Shown: positions 18,682-27,610 of the stretch, one piece after another
Position numbering within the stretch: position 1 is the first letter of the stretch
Layout: each line of letters opens with the position of its first letter
Assembly: GCA_046757665.1 (NCBI GenBank)
Contig: JBHHYO010000020.1
Coordinates: 1 to 36,228, forward strand
DNA: 36,228 nucleotides
Source: Nitrospinales bacterium
GTDB taxonomy: Bacteria; Nitrospinota; Nitrospinia; Nitrospinales; JAJDAT01
Direction: 5' to 3'
Notes under the pieces: model-generated
What the model saw: only the letters and a program-made list of their open reading frames with translations
The model's database searches: none
What the model was told of the DNA's origin: nothing
Position numbers and translations under genes: made by a program

Positions 18682-19950
18682 TCAATGTTGGAACAGTTGA
18701 GGAAAAAACAGGCTGAGCGCGGGGATGTAGGTTATCAGCAACAGCCCAGCCAGCCGCAGGCCCAGAAAGGGCAGGGTTGCGCGATAAAGGCGCACTACCG
18801 GCTCGTTGAACCGTGAACTGGCAATGAACAGGTTGATGCCCACTGGTGGCGTGGAATAGCCGATTTCCAGATTGGTCAAGAAGATGATCCCCAAATGTAC
18901 CATGTTGACGTCAAAACTCTTGGCGATGGGAATGATCAGCGGAACGACGACGATGATCGCCGAAAAAATATCCATCATGCACCCGACGAGCAACAGGAAA
19001 ATATTGAGCACGATCAGGAACGTCAGTTGATTGTCGATATATCGTTTCATGAAGGCCAGCAGTTGCATGGGGATTTGCTCGTCGATCAGGTAGCTGGTAA
19101 ATCCCATGGCGGCGCCGAGAATAATAATGATGCTTCCGACAAGCACCATGCTTTCCCGCATCAGCCGCGGAATGTCGCGGAGGGGATGGATATCCTTGTA
19201 AACCGCCGACTCGACGATCAGGACGTACACCACGGTCACCGCCGCCGCTTCCGAAACGGTGATGATGCCGCCGTAAATTCCAAACAGGATGATGAATGGC
19301 AAGGGAAGTTCCCAGATGGCCTCCCGGGCGGCGCTTTTGGCCTCGGTGAAATCAAACGGCGTTTTATGGATTTTGAATTGGCCGCTTTTCAGCGTGCCGT
19401 AAAAGGCGATGATGGCAATCATCAGGAGCCCGGGAATGATCCCGGCAAGAAAAAGCTTGTCGATGCTGACCTGCCCCACGAGCCCGTACAGGATCAACGG
19501 CAGGGAAGGGGGAAACAGCAGGCCCAGACTACCCGATGAGGTTATCAGCCCAAGGGAAAAATTTTTGGAATACAGTTCCTTGATCAACAAGGGATAGAGC
19601 AACCCTCCGAGGGCGATGATAGTCACCCCGGATGCGCCGGTAAAGGCGGTGAAGAAGGCGCAGGCGAGCAGGACCACCAGAGGAACTCCGCCGGGAACGC
19701 TTCCCAGCGCCGCCCGCGACAGGCGGGTCAGGCGTTGCGGCGTTTTGCTCTCCGCCAAAACGAAACCGGCGAAGGTGAACAGTGGAATGGCGATCAGCGT
19801 TGGGTTGGCGGCGACCCGGTACAGTTCGATAAATATCGCCGAGCTGTCGATCTCCGCCAGGTAAAAGGAGTACAATGCCGCCAGGCCGATGACGGCAAAC
19901 AGCGGTGTGCCGAGGAGCAGCAGGGCCGTGGCGGCGGCGGAAAAAATCAT
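18682..19950 (-). CDS. dctM: TRAP transporter large permease
   Basis: LIAIPLF, GLLFPPS, LFLAGIIPG and TPPVGINLF motifs; many TM segments. Confidence 0.93.
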   Translation of the reverse strand: MIFSAAATALLLLGTPLFAVIGLAALYSFYLAEIDSSAIFIELYRVAANPTLIAIPLFTFAGFVLAESKTPQRLTRLSRAALGSVPGGVPLVVLLACAFFTAFTGASGVTIIALGGLLYPLLIKELYSKNFSLGLITSSGSLGLLFPPSLPLILYGLVGQVSIDKLFLAGIIPGLLMIAIIAFYGTLKSGQFKIHKTPFDFTEAKSAAREAIWELPLPFIILFGIYGGIITVSEAAAVTVVYVLIVESAVYKDIHPLRDIPRLMRESMVLVGSIIIILGAAMGFTSYLIDEQIPMQLLAFMKRYIDNQLTFLIVLNIFLLLVGCMMDIFSAIIVVVPLIIPIAKSFDVNMVHLGIIFLTNLEIGYSTPPVGINLFIASSRFNEPVVRLYRATLPFLGLRLAGLLLITYIPALSLFFPQLFQH

Positions 19951-20450
19951 GAGCCGGACGCTCCGTGGGAATTGCCGGTCGATGCCGATCCCCCGGCGGC
20001 CTGCAAGAGGAAGCGCAGGGCGATTACCGAGAAACTGAACGGCAGAATGGTTTCAAATATCCAGCCCGGCAGATTGAGAAAAAGCGTCGCCCCGCCTTCT
20101 CTTTCGAATTGCACGAATTTCCACGCCGCCCAGGCCAGATACCCGCTGATGCCGGCGGCGGACAGGCGGACGACCACTCCGGAAACGGTTCTCCACCGCG
20201 GCGACATGAAATGGGGAAGAAAGTCGATGGCGATGTGGCGGCCGGCGCGCGTTGCCAGCGAGGCCCCCAGAAAACCCACCCATAAAACCAGCTGACGGAG
20301 AAAAACGTCCGCCCAGAGAATCCCTTGGTCGAAAAAATTTCGCAAAATCACCTGGCCGAAGGAAAGCAGAATCATGAACGACAAAATAAGGACAACCAAC
20401 CATTCTTCCGCCCTCGCCAGATAACTGTCGATCTTTTTGATGATTTGCAT
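19947..20450 (-). CDS. dctQ: TRAP transporter small permease
   Basis: Four TM segments, QVILRN, W..FLGASLA...RHIAID; overlaps dctM by 4 nt. Start set at the ATG at 20450. Confidence 0.9.
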   Translation of the reverse strand: MQIIKKIDSYLARAEEWLVVLILSFMILLSFGQVILRNFFDQGILWADVFLRQLVLWVGFLGASLATRAGRHIAIDFLPHFMSPRWRTVSGVVVRLSAAGISGYLAWAAWKFVQFEREGGATLFLNLPGWIFETILPFSFSVIALRFLLQAAGGSASTGNSHGASGS

Positions 20451-20501
20451 GGTAATATTCAGGCGTGGTTTTTTCGTTTTATCAATCGGTCGCAAACGAA
20501 G

Positions 20502-21311
20502 ATGAAACTAAAATTATTTTTTCTGTCCGCAATTGTAAGTGTTTTTGCGGTGAATTGTGAATTTTCTTTCGCCGGGGACGGGGTTTATTTTCCCGCCGGC
20601 GAGTTTTGGATGGGTAGCGCGGATGGGGAAGGGGAGGTGGACGAGCACCCGCGCCACAAGGTGTATCTGGACGCCTTCATTCTCGACCGATACGAGGTGA
20701 CCGGCAAGGATTTCGAGGAATACCTCGCGGCTCATCCCAAGAAGTATCCGACGATTACCGGCTGGTATGACCGCAAGGTGCGGCCAGGGATGGGAAACCG
20801 CCCGGTGATCGGCCTCACCTGGAAACGTTGCGTCAATTACTGCACCTGGCGCGGCAAGCGCCTGCCCACCGAGGCGGAATGGGAGCGGGCGGCGGCGGGA
20901 TTGACCGGACGACCTTACCCCTGGGGCCACGAACCCCCGGACCCGCAACGCGCCAATTTCAGCAAATGTTGTTTTATCATGAAAGGCGATGTCCTCGAAG
21001 AGGTGGGACACTACGAGCTGGGAAAAACTCCGGAAGGTGTGTACGATATGGCCGGCAATATCGCCGAATGGGTTTACGACTGGTACGATAAAAATTATTA
21101 TCGAAACAGTGAGCACAAAAATCCCCGCGGTCCCCAAAAGGGAAAACATCATACGATTCGCGGCGGCGCCTGGAACAGCCTGGCCACTTATATGAGGTCC
21201 GCCGACCGTTACGGGTACGACGACGCCAAGGACTTTTACGGCATCGGTTGCCGTTGCGCCCGAACCGCCCCCAGTAACCGCCCGGCGCAAAAGGAACAAG
21301 ATGAAGATTAG
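20502..21311 (+). CDS. Exported formylglycine-generating enzyme (FGE/SUMF1) domain protein
   Basis: F.MGS, E.P.H, YEVT, RLPTEAEWERAA, YDMAGN..EW and RGG motifs; signal peptide from the ATG at 20502. Confidence 0.9.
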   Translation: MKLKLFFLSAIVSVFAVNCEFSFAGDGVYFPAGEFWMGSADGEGEVDEHPRHKVYLDAFILDRYEVTGKDFEEYLAAHPKKYPTITGWYDRKVRPGMGNRPVIGLTWKRCVNYCTWRGKRLPTEAEWERAAAGLTGRPYPWGHEPPDPQRANFSKCCFIMKGDVLEEVGHYELGKTPEGVYDMAGNIAEWVYDWYDKNYYRNSEHKNPRGPQKGKHHTIRGGAWNSLATYMRSADRYGYDDAKDFYGIGCRCARTAPSNRPAQKEQDED

Positions 21312-22356
21312 CGGATCGTTGAAAAACCGTCCTTGCAGGAAACAGCCATGCCGGTTCCCTGCGTTGTTGTCTACTCTCGTCGAAGCAATCCGTTCTCCGG
21401 CGTTGTGGGTTTTGCCGGTCGTCCTTATCGTTGCCGGATGGGGTTGCACTTTTTTAAAGGTCAATCTTTCTCCATCGGTTTCTCCTCTCAAGGAAAAGGT
21501 GATTTCCGACGAGGGCCCGGCGAAAATCCTTCTGCTGGATATTCGCGGTTTGATCGCCAACAAGAAACAACGCGGTTTCACGGGCGCCGAGCGGGACACG
21601 GGAATGGTGGACCGCGTCCGGGAGTCCCTGAAAAAGGCCGAAAAGGACGATGACATCAAGGCGATTCTGCTCCGCATCAACAGTCCCGGCGGTACCGTCA
21701 CCTCCAGTGACATTATCTACAACGAACTGCGGTCATTCAAAAAGAAGCGGAACATCAAGGTTTACGCCGCCCTCATGGATCTCGCCACCTCCGGTGGCTA
21801 TTATATCGCCGTGGCCGCCGACCACATTACCGCCCATCCCACTTCCATTACCGGAAGCATTGGGGTGATTGCCCTGAAGGTCAATCTGCAAGGGTTGATG
21901 GAAAAGATCGGCGTGGATTGGGAGGTGGTGAAGTCCGGCGACAAAAAGGATTTTCTGTCGCCATTTCGTTCATTTACCAAAAAGGAGCGGCAACTGTTTC
22001 AGGAAAATATCGATGATTTTCACCGGAGGTTTGTGGAGGTCATTGCCGAGAACCGTCCGGGGCTGGAACTCCCTGCTGTCCGGGAGTTGGCGGATGGCCG
22101 GATTTTCAGCGCCCGGCAAGCCCTGGACAACAAGCTGATTGACGATATCGGCTACCTGGATGATGTGCTGTCTCTAATAAAAAAGGACCTGGGTGATGCC
22201 CATGTCAAAGTCGTCACCTATTACCGCTCCGGAGAATATAAAAGTAATATCTATTCTTCCGTCAACGGCGCCCCCACCATCAACATGGTGAACATCGACC
22301 TTTCCTCCATTACCCTGAATAACTCTCCGCGGTTCATGTATCTTTGGATGCCTTGA
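21301..22356 (+). CDS. sppA: Signal peptide peptidase SppA (36K type)
   Basis: RINSPGG, ATSGGYY, TGSIGV, KSG..KD and ADGRIF motifs; start uncertain. Confidence 0.93.
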   Translation: MKISGSLKNRPCRKQPCRFPALLSTLVEAIRSPALWVLPVVLIVAGWGCTFLKVNLSPSVSPLKEKVISDEGPAKILLLDIRGLIANKKQRGFTGAERDTGMVDRVRESLKKAEKDDDIKAILLRINSPGGTVTSSDIIYNELRSFKKKRNIKVYAALMDLATSGGYYIAVAADHITAHPTSITGSIGVIALKVNLQGLMEKIGVDWEVVKSGDKKDFLSPFRSFTKKERQLFQENIDDFHRRFVEVIAENRPGLELPAVRELADGRIFSARQALDNKLIDDIGYLDDVLSLIKKDLGDAHVKVVTYYRSGEYKSNIYSSVNGAPTINMVNIDLSSITLNNSPRFMYLWMP

Positions 22357-22472
22357 AAATCTGCTCCCGACGGGCCTTGTCAACCGGGGTCTTTTGCTTG
22401 ATAATAAATTGTAGAATGATGATTTTTGTGAAGCTGGCTAAAAGATAATCTTGAGGAGCAAAGGCGAATCTT

Positions 22473-22817
22473 ATGCGCAAAAAAATCATTTTCATTATTT
22501 CTCTGCTGACCTTGGGAATTCTGATTTGCCCTGTAACCGGAAACTTTGAAATTTTTGCCGAGCAGGATGGGGGTGTTGTCATTTTCAAGGACACTAAAAA
22601 AATGCGTCCGGTGGTGTTCAGCCATCAGAAGCATTTGGCCGCCGGGAATTCATGCGAGGCCTGTCACGAAGGAATTTTTAAAAAGAAGAAAGGCAGTACT
22701 CCCAGCATAACCATGATGTCCATGAGAAAAGGCAAGTATTGCGGAACCTGCCATAACGGCAAGAAAGCCTTCACCGTCAAACATTCCTGTTCGAAATGTC
22801 ATTCCGGGCCTCGATAG
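22473..22817 (+). CDS. Triheme c7-type periplasmic cytochrome
   Basis: Signal peptide, VVFSHQKH, CEACH, ITMMSM, CGTCH and CSKCH. Confidence 0.88.
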   Translation: MRKKIIFIISLLTLGILICPVTGNFEIFAEQDGGVVIFKDTKKMRPVVFSHQKHLAAGNSCEACHEGIFKKKKGSTPSITMMSMRKGKYCGTCHNGKKAFTVKHSCSKCHSGPR

Positions 22818-22829
22818 CTTCCCGGTTAA

Positions 22830-23627
22830 ATGACCGAGAGGAAAAAGGTGTTCTTTAAGAATAAACTTTTAACCCTGCCCGTTGTTGTTCTCTCGGTCGT
22901 TTTTGTTTTTTTTGGCCCCCGCCTGCCGGATGCCGCGGAAAAGGCGCCGACGGGTAAATTCCAGTTCCATGCCGGGATCGCGCCTTTTAAGGACGGAGAA
23001 AAAGAAAAGTACCGGTTGCAGATCACCCAACCTTATGCTTTCTCCCTTAAAACGATTCAGCAAAGCATGGCCGCGTTGGGTTATCAGGAAAGAACCGTTT
23101 CCTGGTCCAAAAAAAAGCGGGTTTTTAACAATGAGGCCATCAAAATCCTGGGGCCCATGATTCTGAAAAGATTTGCCCAGGCCGATTCCAATCAGCGCAT
23201 CGTTTTTAAGGTCCTGAGCCCCTCGGGAAGAGTGATAACTCTTGGCGACACGTTTTTGACTCCGTTGGGACTGCACTGGCGCTTTACCGTGATGAGTCGC
23301 GTCCGGCGCAAGATCGACGATTTCAGCGTCATGGGAGATTCGTGGAAGCTGGTTTTGCGGAAGGGGCTGGTCTATAAAAAGAAGATGCGGAAGGATTTGA
23401 ATAACCTGGTTCAGGACATCAGCAACTGGATGGTGTTTCCTAAAATTCGTCCCGTCAAGGCGCGTCTGGTAAAAAAATCTACTCCCCCCTCGGCAGATGC
23501 GCCGGCAAACGAAATCTCCAGCCGCATCAAGAAAAGACTGCGTATACTGGAAGACCTTCAGAAAGAAAGTTTGATCAGCGAGGCAGAATATAATAAAAAG
23601 CGTCGGGAAATTCTGAAAGGTTTTTAG
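22830..23627 (+). CDS. Exported hypothetical protein with C-terminal SHOCT-like domain
   Basis: N-terminal hydrophobic segment; ends RLRILEDL...LISEAEYNKKRREIL. Confidence 0.75.
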   Translation: MTERKKVFFKNKLLTLPVVVLSVVFVFFGPRLPDAAEKAPTGKFQFHAGIAPFKDGEKEKYRLQITQPYAFSLKTIQQSMAALGYQERTVSWSKKKRVFNNEAIKILGPMILKRFAQADSNQRIVFKVLSPSGRVITLGDTFLTPLGLHWRFTVMSRVRRKIDDFSVMGDSWKLVLRKGLVYKKKMRKDLNNLVQDISNWMVFPKIRPVKARLVKKSTPPSADAPANEISSRIKKRLRILEDLQKESLISEAEYNKKRREILKGF

Positions 23628-23630
23628 CCG

Positions 23631-23666
23631 AAAAAAAATCCCCCTTCCTCATTAAGAGGAAGGGGG
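23631..23666 (-). terminator. Rho-independent terminator for the Cyc2-like gene (possibly bidirectional)
   Basis: 11-bp stem CCCCCTTCCTC/GAGGAAGGGGG with a 5-nt loop; the A8 tract gives a U-tract on the minus strand; lies between convergent genes. Confidence 0.85.
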
Positions 23667-23680
23667 CCTTGTTGACGTGT

Positions 23681-24946
23681 TCAGAACATCGAGCGAATTT
23701 CCATTTTAAATTCGCTTTTGGTTTGAATGGCTCCACTGACATCCACCCGCCCCGTCAAACCCACCTTGAAGTTGTTCCTCGCCAAATACCAGATGGACGG
23801 GGAAATCTTGTTCAATCCCAAGGCGAGAATATCATCCGAGGTGATTTGATCGTACTGGAGAACATAAAACCAATTATCCCTTAAGTAGGCTCCCGTAACC
23901 GTCAAGCCCTGAAACTCCTTCTGTATGCTGGAGGTGGGATTCAGGTCGAAGTTCTCGTCCTGTGCGAATTGGTAGGCGAACAACAAATCGAAGTTTCTCT
24001 CGGATTTTTGCGTGTTGAAGCGAAGATTGCCGGAAATGGTATAGCGCCGGAAATCGTTTTCAATCTGGCTGGCAACACTGCTGGCGGTGTCGGTGCCGTC
24101 ATAATAATGAAAAGCGACGCTACTGCCTTCAAACCGGTCACCGCCGATTTTGGGCAGATAGGCGCGGGCGCCAGCCCAGAAATTCTTCTTGCGGTCGGTA
24201 TCGCTGGCGTCCTTGCCGTTGTCCAACCCGGCATACCATAGAAAAGGTCCCTTGTAGCCATAGTATTGAACGCCCGGTCTTGGCGACCGGATGTTTACGG
24301 AATTTTCACCCAGGCCGTTGGAGGACTTGACGTTCAGAATGTCCGACTTTTGGAAAATCCGCAGTCGGTCGGCGTAGGGCGTAAAATCCACCGGCGACAA
24401 CCTGCCGACCTGAAAATTGACCAAGGTCGTATTGAAGATGTTGGCATATTTCAGATTGAACCATTCGATTTCCGAGGCGTCATCCGTAAAGGTCTGTTCG
24501 ATGAAAAGGCCCATGTTCTTAAACAGGGTGCCGCCCACGAAAAAATTCAGTTCCTTGGTCTTCCCGACATTGAATGAATCTTGCGTCTTGCCGTTTTGCG
24601 TGACGCTGTTCGTCTTGTATTCGAATGGGGTTATCTGGATGCGCGCTCCAAACCAATGCGAGACCTTGTCGATAAACAAGTCTTCCGAAAGTTCTTCCTT
24701 GCCGGTTTTGTCGCCATCGGGCGCTTCTCCGGGCCATTGATAGGCGTTTCGCATGAACTTTTCGCCGAAAAAGTTCAGCCGCGGAAAAACGGTGTGACAG
24801 GTGCTACACTTGACCCCGTATTTCCGGGCCCATTGGGCAAGTGCCTGCGCGTCCTGGGCGGCGAACAGAAAAACCAGGTTCCACAGCAGAAAAAGAGAAC
24901 TCCCCGTGAGAGCAATTCCTGAAAAACGCTTTCCGAATGTTTTCAT
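23681..24946 (-). CDS. Cyc2-like fused monoheme cytochrome c / outer-membrane beta-barrel
   Basis: Signal peptide, then WARKYGVKCSTCHTVFPRLNFFGEKF; the rest is rich in amphipathic strands and aromatic residues and ends in Phe (EIRSMF). Confidence 0.78.
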   Translation of the reverse strand: MKTFGKRFSGIALTGSSLFLLWNLVFLFAAQDAQALAQWARKYGVKCSTCHTVFPRLNFFGEKFMRNAYQWPGEAPDGDKTGKEELSEDLFIDKVSHWFGARIQITPFEYKTNSVTQNGKTQDSFNVGKTKELNFFVGGTLFKNMGLFIEQTFTDDASEIEWFNLKYANIFNTTLVNFQVGRLSPVDFTPYADRLRIFQKSDILNVKSSNGLGENSVNIRSPRPGVQYYGYKGPFLWYAGLDNGKDASDTDRKKNFWAGARAYLPKIGGDRFEGSSVAFHYYDGTDTASSVASQIENDFRRYTISGNLRFNTQKSERNFDLLFAYQFAQDENFDLNPTSSIQKEFQGLTVTGAYLRDNWFYVLQYDQITSDDILALGLNKISPSIWYLARNNFKVGLTGRVDVSGAIQTKSEFKMEIRSMF

Positions 24947-24978
24947 GTTTGTCCTCCCATTTTAAGACTTAGAACAAG

Positions 24979-25007
24979 GTTATATGGCGATCTGTACACT
25001 TTGTCAA
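24979..25007 (-). promoter_or_regulatory. Candidate sigma70 promoter for the Cyc2-like gene
   Basis: TTGACA (25007-25002), 17 nt spacer, TATAAC (24984-24979); GGGAGGA ribosome-binding site before the ATG. Confidence 0.7.
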
Positions 25008-25064
25008 GCAGTCATTTGAACGCCTTTGCGATGGCGAATATTTTGGGATTGTCAGGATTCATTT

Positions 25065-26531
25065 TTATTGGACGTAGCGTTTTTTGAATTCGGCGGCGGC
25101 CGCCTTGCGCCGCTTTTTTTCCTCCGCCGGCATTTTGCCGAGGAACCATCTATGTTCATCGGTGTTCAGGATTTTATCCAGTTCCTTGAGGACCGCCCTG
25201 GCGGTGGCGGCGGCCTTTCCGCCCTTGCGGATGGCCTTTTCGCAGGCCTCCCGTGTCTCCGGAACGAAATGAATATAAAACCGTTTGGCGACCTCGAAAA
25301 ATCCGTGCCATTGGGTGTAATCGGGAGCCATCATGGAAGCGCCGTGCCTGGCCCGTCTTCCTTCATGGTGCCACAGGAAGAAGTAGGTCCATTCCAGTGG
25401 CTCGTCGAAGGCGACGGGGGTCAACACGCCGCCCGCCTTCATCATTTTAATAAGTTTAGTGGATGGGATCCCGTATTTTTCATTGTACAGATTGACGGCG
25501 CTGTCGAATTGCCGATAAAACCCTTCGACATACAAGTCCGAATGACAGCTGGCGCAAACGTTCATCATATTTTCCCGGCGGTCTTGCCAGCTTTCGACTT
25601 GCTTGCCGTCTTTTATAGCCTTGGCGTCGATTTTTTCCGAAATCGGCGGCCGCAAGGTCCAGGAAATCCGCTTGCCGACATCGTGTGTCACCGGCTGGTC
25701 CGCGGTGGCGCTCATGTGACAGGTCGCGCAAGTCGGCGCGGCGGTGTATTCGATACCTACGCGCCAGGGTTGCGCGGTGATATTCATATACTCCAGGTTG
25801 GCCTTGAAGGCGATACCGTGTTTGGACTCCTCGTAAATCTCTTTCTGCGGATGGTCGGGGCCCATGTGGCATTTTCCGCAACTGTCCGGCCCGCGGGCGA
25901 CCGCCATGGAAAAATTGTGCCGCGAATGGCAAGCCGTACAGGACCCCTTGCTACCGTCCGGGTTCAGCCGTCCGATGCCGGTGTTGGGCCAGGTGGACGG
26001 GTCGGGGCGGCCATCTTCCATGATCTTCACCACCGAACCGTGGCACTGCCAACAGCCATTGACCGCGGCCGGAGACGCACCGTTAAGCGACAATCGATGC
26101 GTATCCCCCTCCACCACCTCCGCCAGAACATTGTCCAGGGAACCCAGGATTTTTCCTGCGTCGGCGTGGTGCGATGCCTGGAACTGATCGTTCTGCGTCT
26201 GATGGCATTTGGAGCAGTCTTTTGGGGATACGATAACGGCGATCAAAAAACCCTCATGATCCCAGGCATCGACCTCGGTCTTTTCCGCTTCATGGCAATC
26301 GAAACAGGCAACGCCCTTGAGGGCATGTTTGCTGTCTCTCCATTGTTCCACCAGGGAAGGCGTGGTTACCGTATGACAATCGATGCAAAGCTCGCTTGAC
26401 GCGGGAATCTTGATTGCCGCCTTCTTGCCTACGATTCTCTTGTTGCCCTCAATGGCGCCGACCACCAGCAGGGCGCCGAGAAAAAATAAGCCGATAACCG
26501 CGATGATGATTCTTTTGGTATTGAGCGACAT
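25065..26531 (-). CDS. Octaheme cytochrome c, hydroxylamine oxidoreductase (HAO) family, probably reductive type
   Basis: Eight CxxCH (CIDCH, CFDCH, CSKCH, CWQCH, CTACH, CGKCH, CATCH, CASCH); HAO-type W..SKH, CH.RH.FS, GPDHPQ.EIY.ESKHG, APTCATCHM and PDY..WHG. Confidence 0.9.
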   Translation of the reverse strand: MSLNTKRIIIAVIGLFFLGALLVVGAIEGNKRIVGKKAAIKIPASSELCIDCHTVTTPSLVEQWRDSKHALKGVACFDCHEAEKTEVDAWDHEGFLIAVIVSPKDCSKCHQTQNDQFQASHHADAGKILGSLDNVLAEVVEGDTHRLSLNGASPAAVNGCWQCHGSVVKIMEDGRPDPSTWPNTGIGRLNPDGSKGSCTACHSRHNFSMAVARGPDSCGKCHMGPDHPQKEIYEESKHGIAFKANLEYMNITAQPWRVGIEYTAAPTCATCHMSATADQPVTHDVGKRISWTLRPPISEKIDAKAIKDGKQVESWQDRRENMMNVCASCHSDLYVEGFYRQFDSAVNLYNEKYGIPSTKLIKMMKAGGVLTPVAFDEPLEWTYFFLWHHEGRRARHGASMMAPDYTQWHGFFEVAKRFYIHFVPETREACEKAIRKGGKAAATARAVLKELDKILNTDEHRWFLGKMPAEEKKRRKAAAAEFKKRYVQ

Positions 26532-26551
26532 GATTCACCCGTGAGTTTGGA

Positions 26552-27610
26552 TTAAGCCAACGCTTCCCAGACGGTTAAGGCCAGGTAAAAGGAAAAGCCG
26601 AAAAAACCGATCCAGACGCTCAGCTCCCGTTTGGGAAATTGTTTTTCCAACAGTTGGTCGATAAACGGCCACAAAACGATGATGCCGACAAAAAAGATCT
26701 GACCGAGGATGCCGATATAAACGTTGTTGAGTTTCAGCCACCGGAACGAGGCGTAAAAATACCATTCCGGTTTGATATGGTCGGGCGTCAACAGGGGGTC
26801 AGCCGGCTCGCCCACTCCAGCGGGAAAAATAATCGCCATGATCGTCAGCAAATATAGAATCAGTATGGCAATCAACAATTCCGTCAGCGCGTGATTCGGG
26901 ATTAAAGGGAAAGTTTTATGCTCCAGTTTTTTTTCCTCGTCAAACTCGAACTCCGTGACCCCGTGCAGGCGGATGAAAATGATGTGCACCGCCACCAGAC
27001 CGGCCAATATTGCCGGCAAAATCACGACGTGAAAAACATACAACCGGGTCAGGGTGTTTCCCGTCACTTCGGAACCGCCGCGAACAAAATCGGCCGCGGC
27101 TTGCCCGACAACGGGAACTTTCGCGGCGATCTGCGTGCCCACCATAGCCGCCCAGTAAGAAAGCTGGTCGTAGATGAGGGAATAGCCCGTAAACCCGAGA
27201 CCCAGAACCACGAATAAGATCACCACGCCGATCATCCAGTTCAGTTCCCTTGGTTTGCGGTAAGCGCCGGTAAAAAACACCCGCGACATATGCAACATGA
27301 CGGTTACGATCATGAGTTCGGACGCCCATTTGTGCAGGCTTCGGATATACCAGCCGAACCGCACCTCGTTGGAAATCCGGGTGACGCTGTTGTAAGCCTC
27401 CTCGGGAGTGGGCACATAGTGGAACAATAGAAATATTCCCGTAACGACCTGAATGACAAACAGGATGGCTGGCGTTCCTCCCAGCGCGAACCACCAGTGT
27501 TTGAGATGGTTGGGAACCGGCTCGTTGGTCAGGGTTTTTAACTCCTGCGGATCGACGGGAATCCTCTCCTTCACCCATTCCCCTATCCAGGATTTTTTCG
27601 ATTCAGGCAA
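26552..27610 (-). CDS. Cytochrome b/b6 (fused with subunit IV) of a Rieske/b complex
   Basis: Four heme-b His (SLH, MLH, VFH, AVH), YRKPRELNW, GFTGY and IKPEWYF Qo motif. Confidence 0.95.
   Translation of the reverse strand: MPESKKSWIGEWVKERIPVDPQELKTLTNEPVPNHLKHWWFALGGTPAILFVIQVVTGIFLLFHYVPTPEEAYNSVTRISNEVRFGWYIRSLHKWASELMIVTVMLHMSRVFFTGAYRKPRELNWMIGVVILFVVLGLGFTGYSLIYDQLSYWAAMVGTQIAAKVPVVGQAAADFVRGGSEVTGNTLTRLYVFHVVILPAILAGLVAVHIIFIRLHGVTEFEFDEEKKLEHKTFPLIPNHALTELLIAILILYLLTIMAIIFPAGVGEPADPLLTPDHIKPEWYFYASFRWLKLNNVYIGILGQIFFVGIIVLWPFIDQLLEKQFPKRELSVWIGFFGFSFYLALTVWEALA

Noticed and set aside
20325-20501. Long N-termini of the FGE and dctQ ORFs overlapping head-to-head
   Set aside because: Downstream ATGs (20502 and 20450) give proper signal or TM starts without overlap.
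20514-21713. 399-aa minus-strand ORF
   Set aside because: It is antisense to the FGE-domain and sppA genes and has no recognisable domain.
25026-26399. 457-aa plus-strand ORF
   Set aside because: It is the antisense shadow of the octaheme gene, with no motifs or RBS.
25065-26531. Calling this hao as evidence of ammonia oxidation
   Set aside because: There is no haoB/cycAB context and the cross-link Tyr appears absent.
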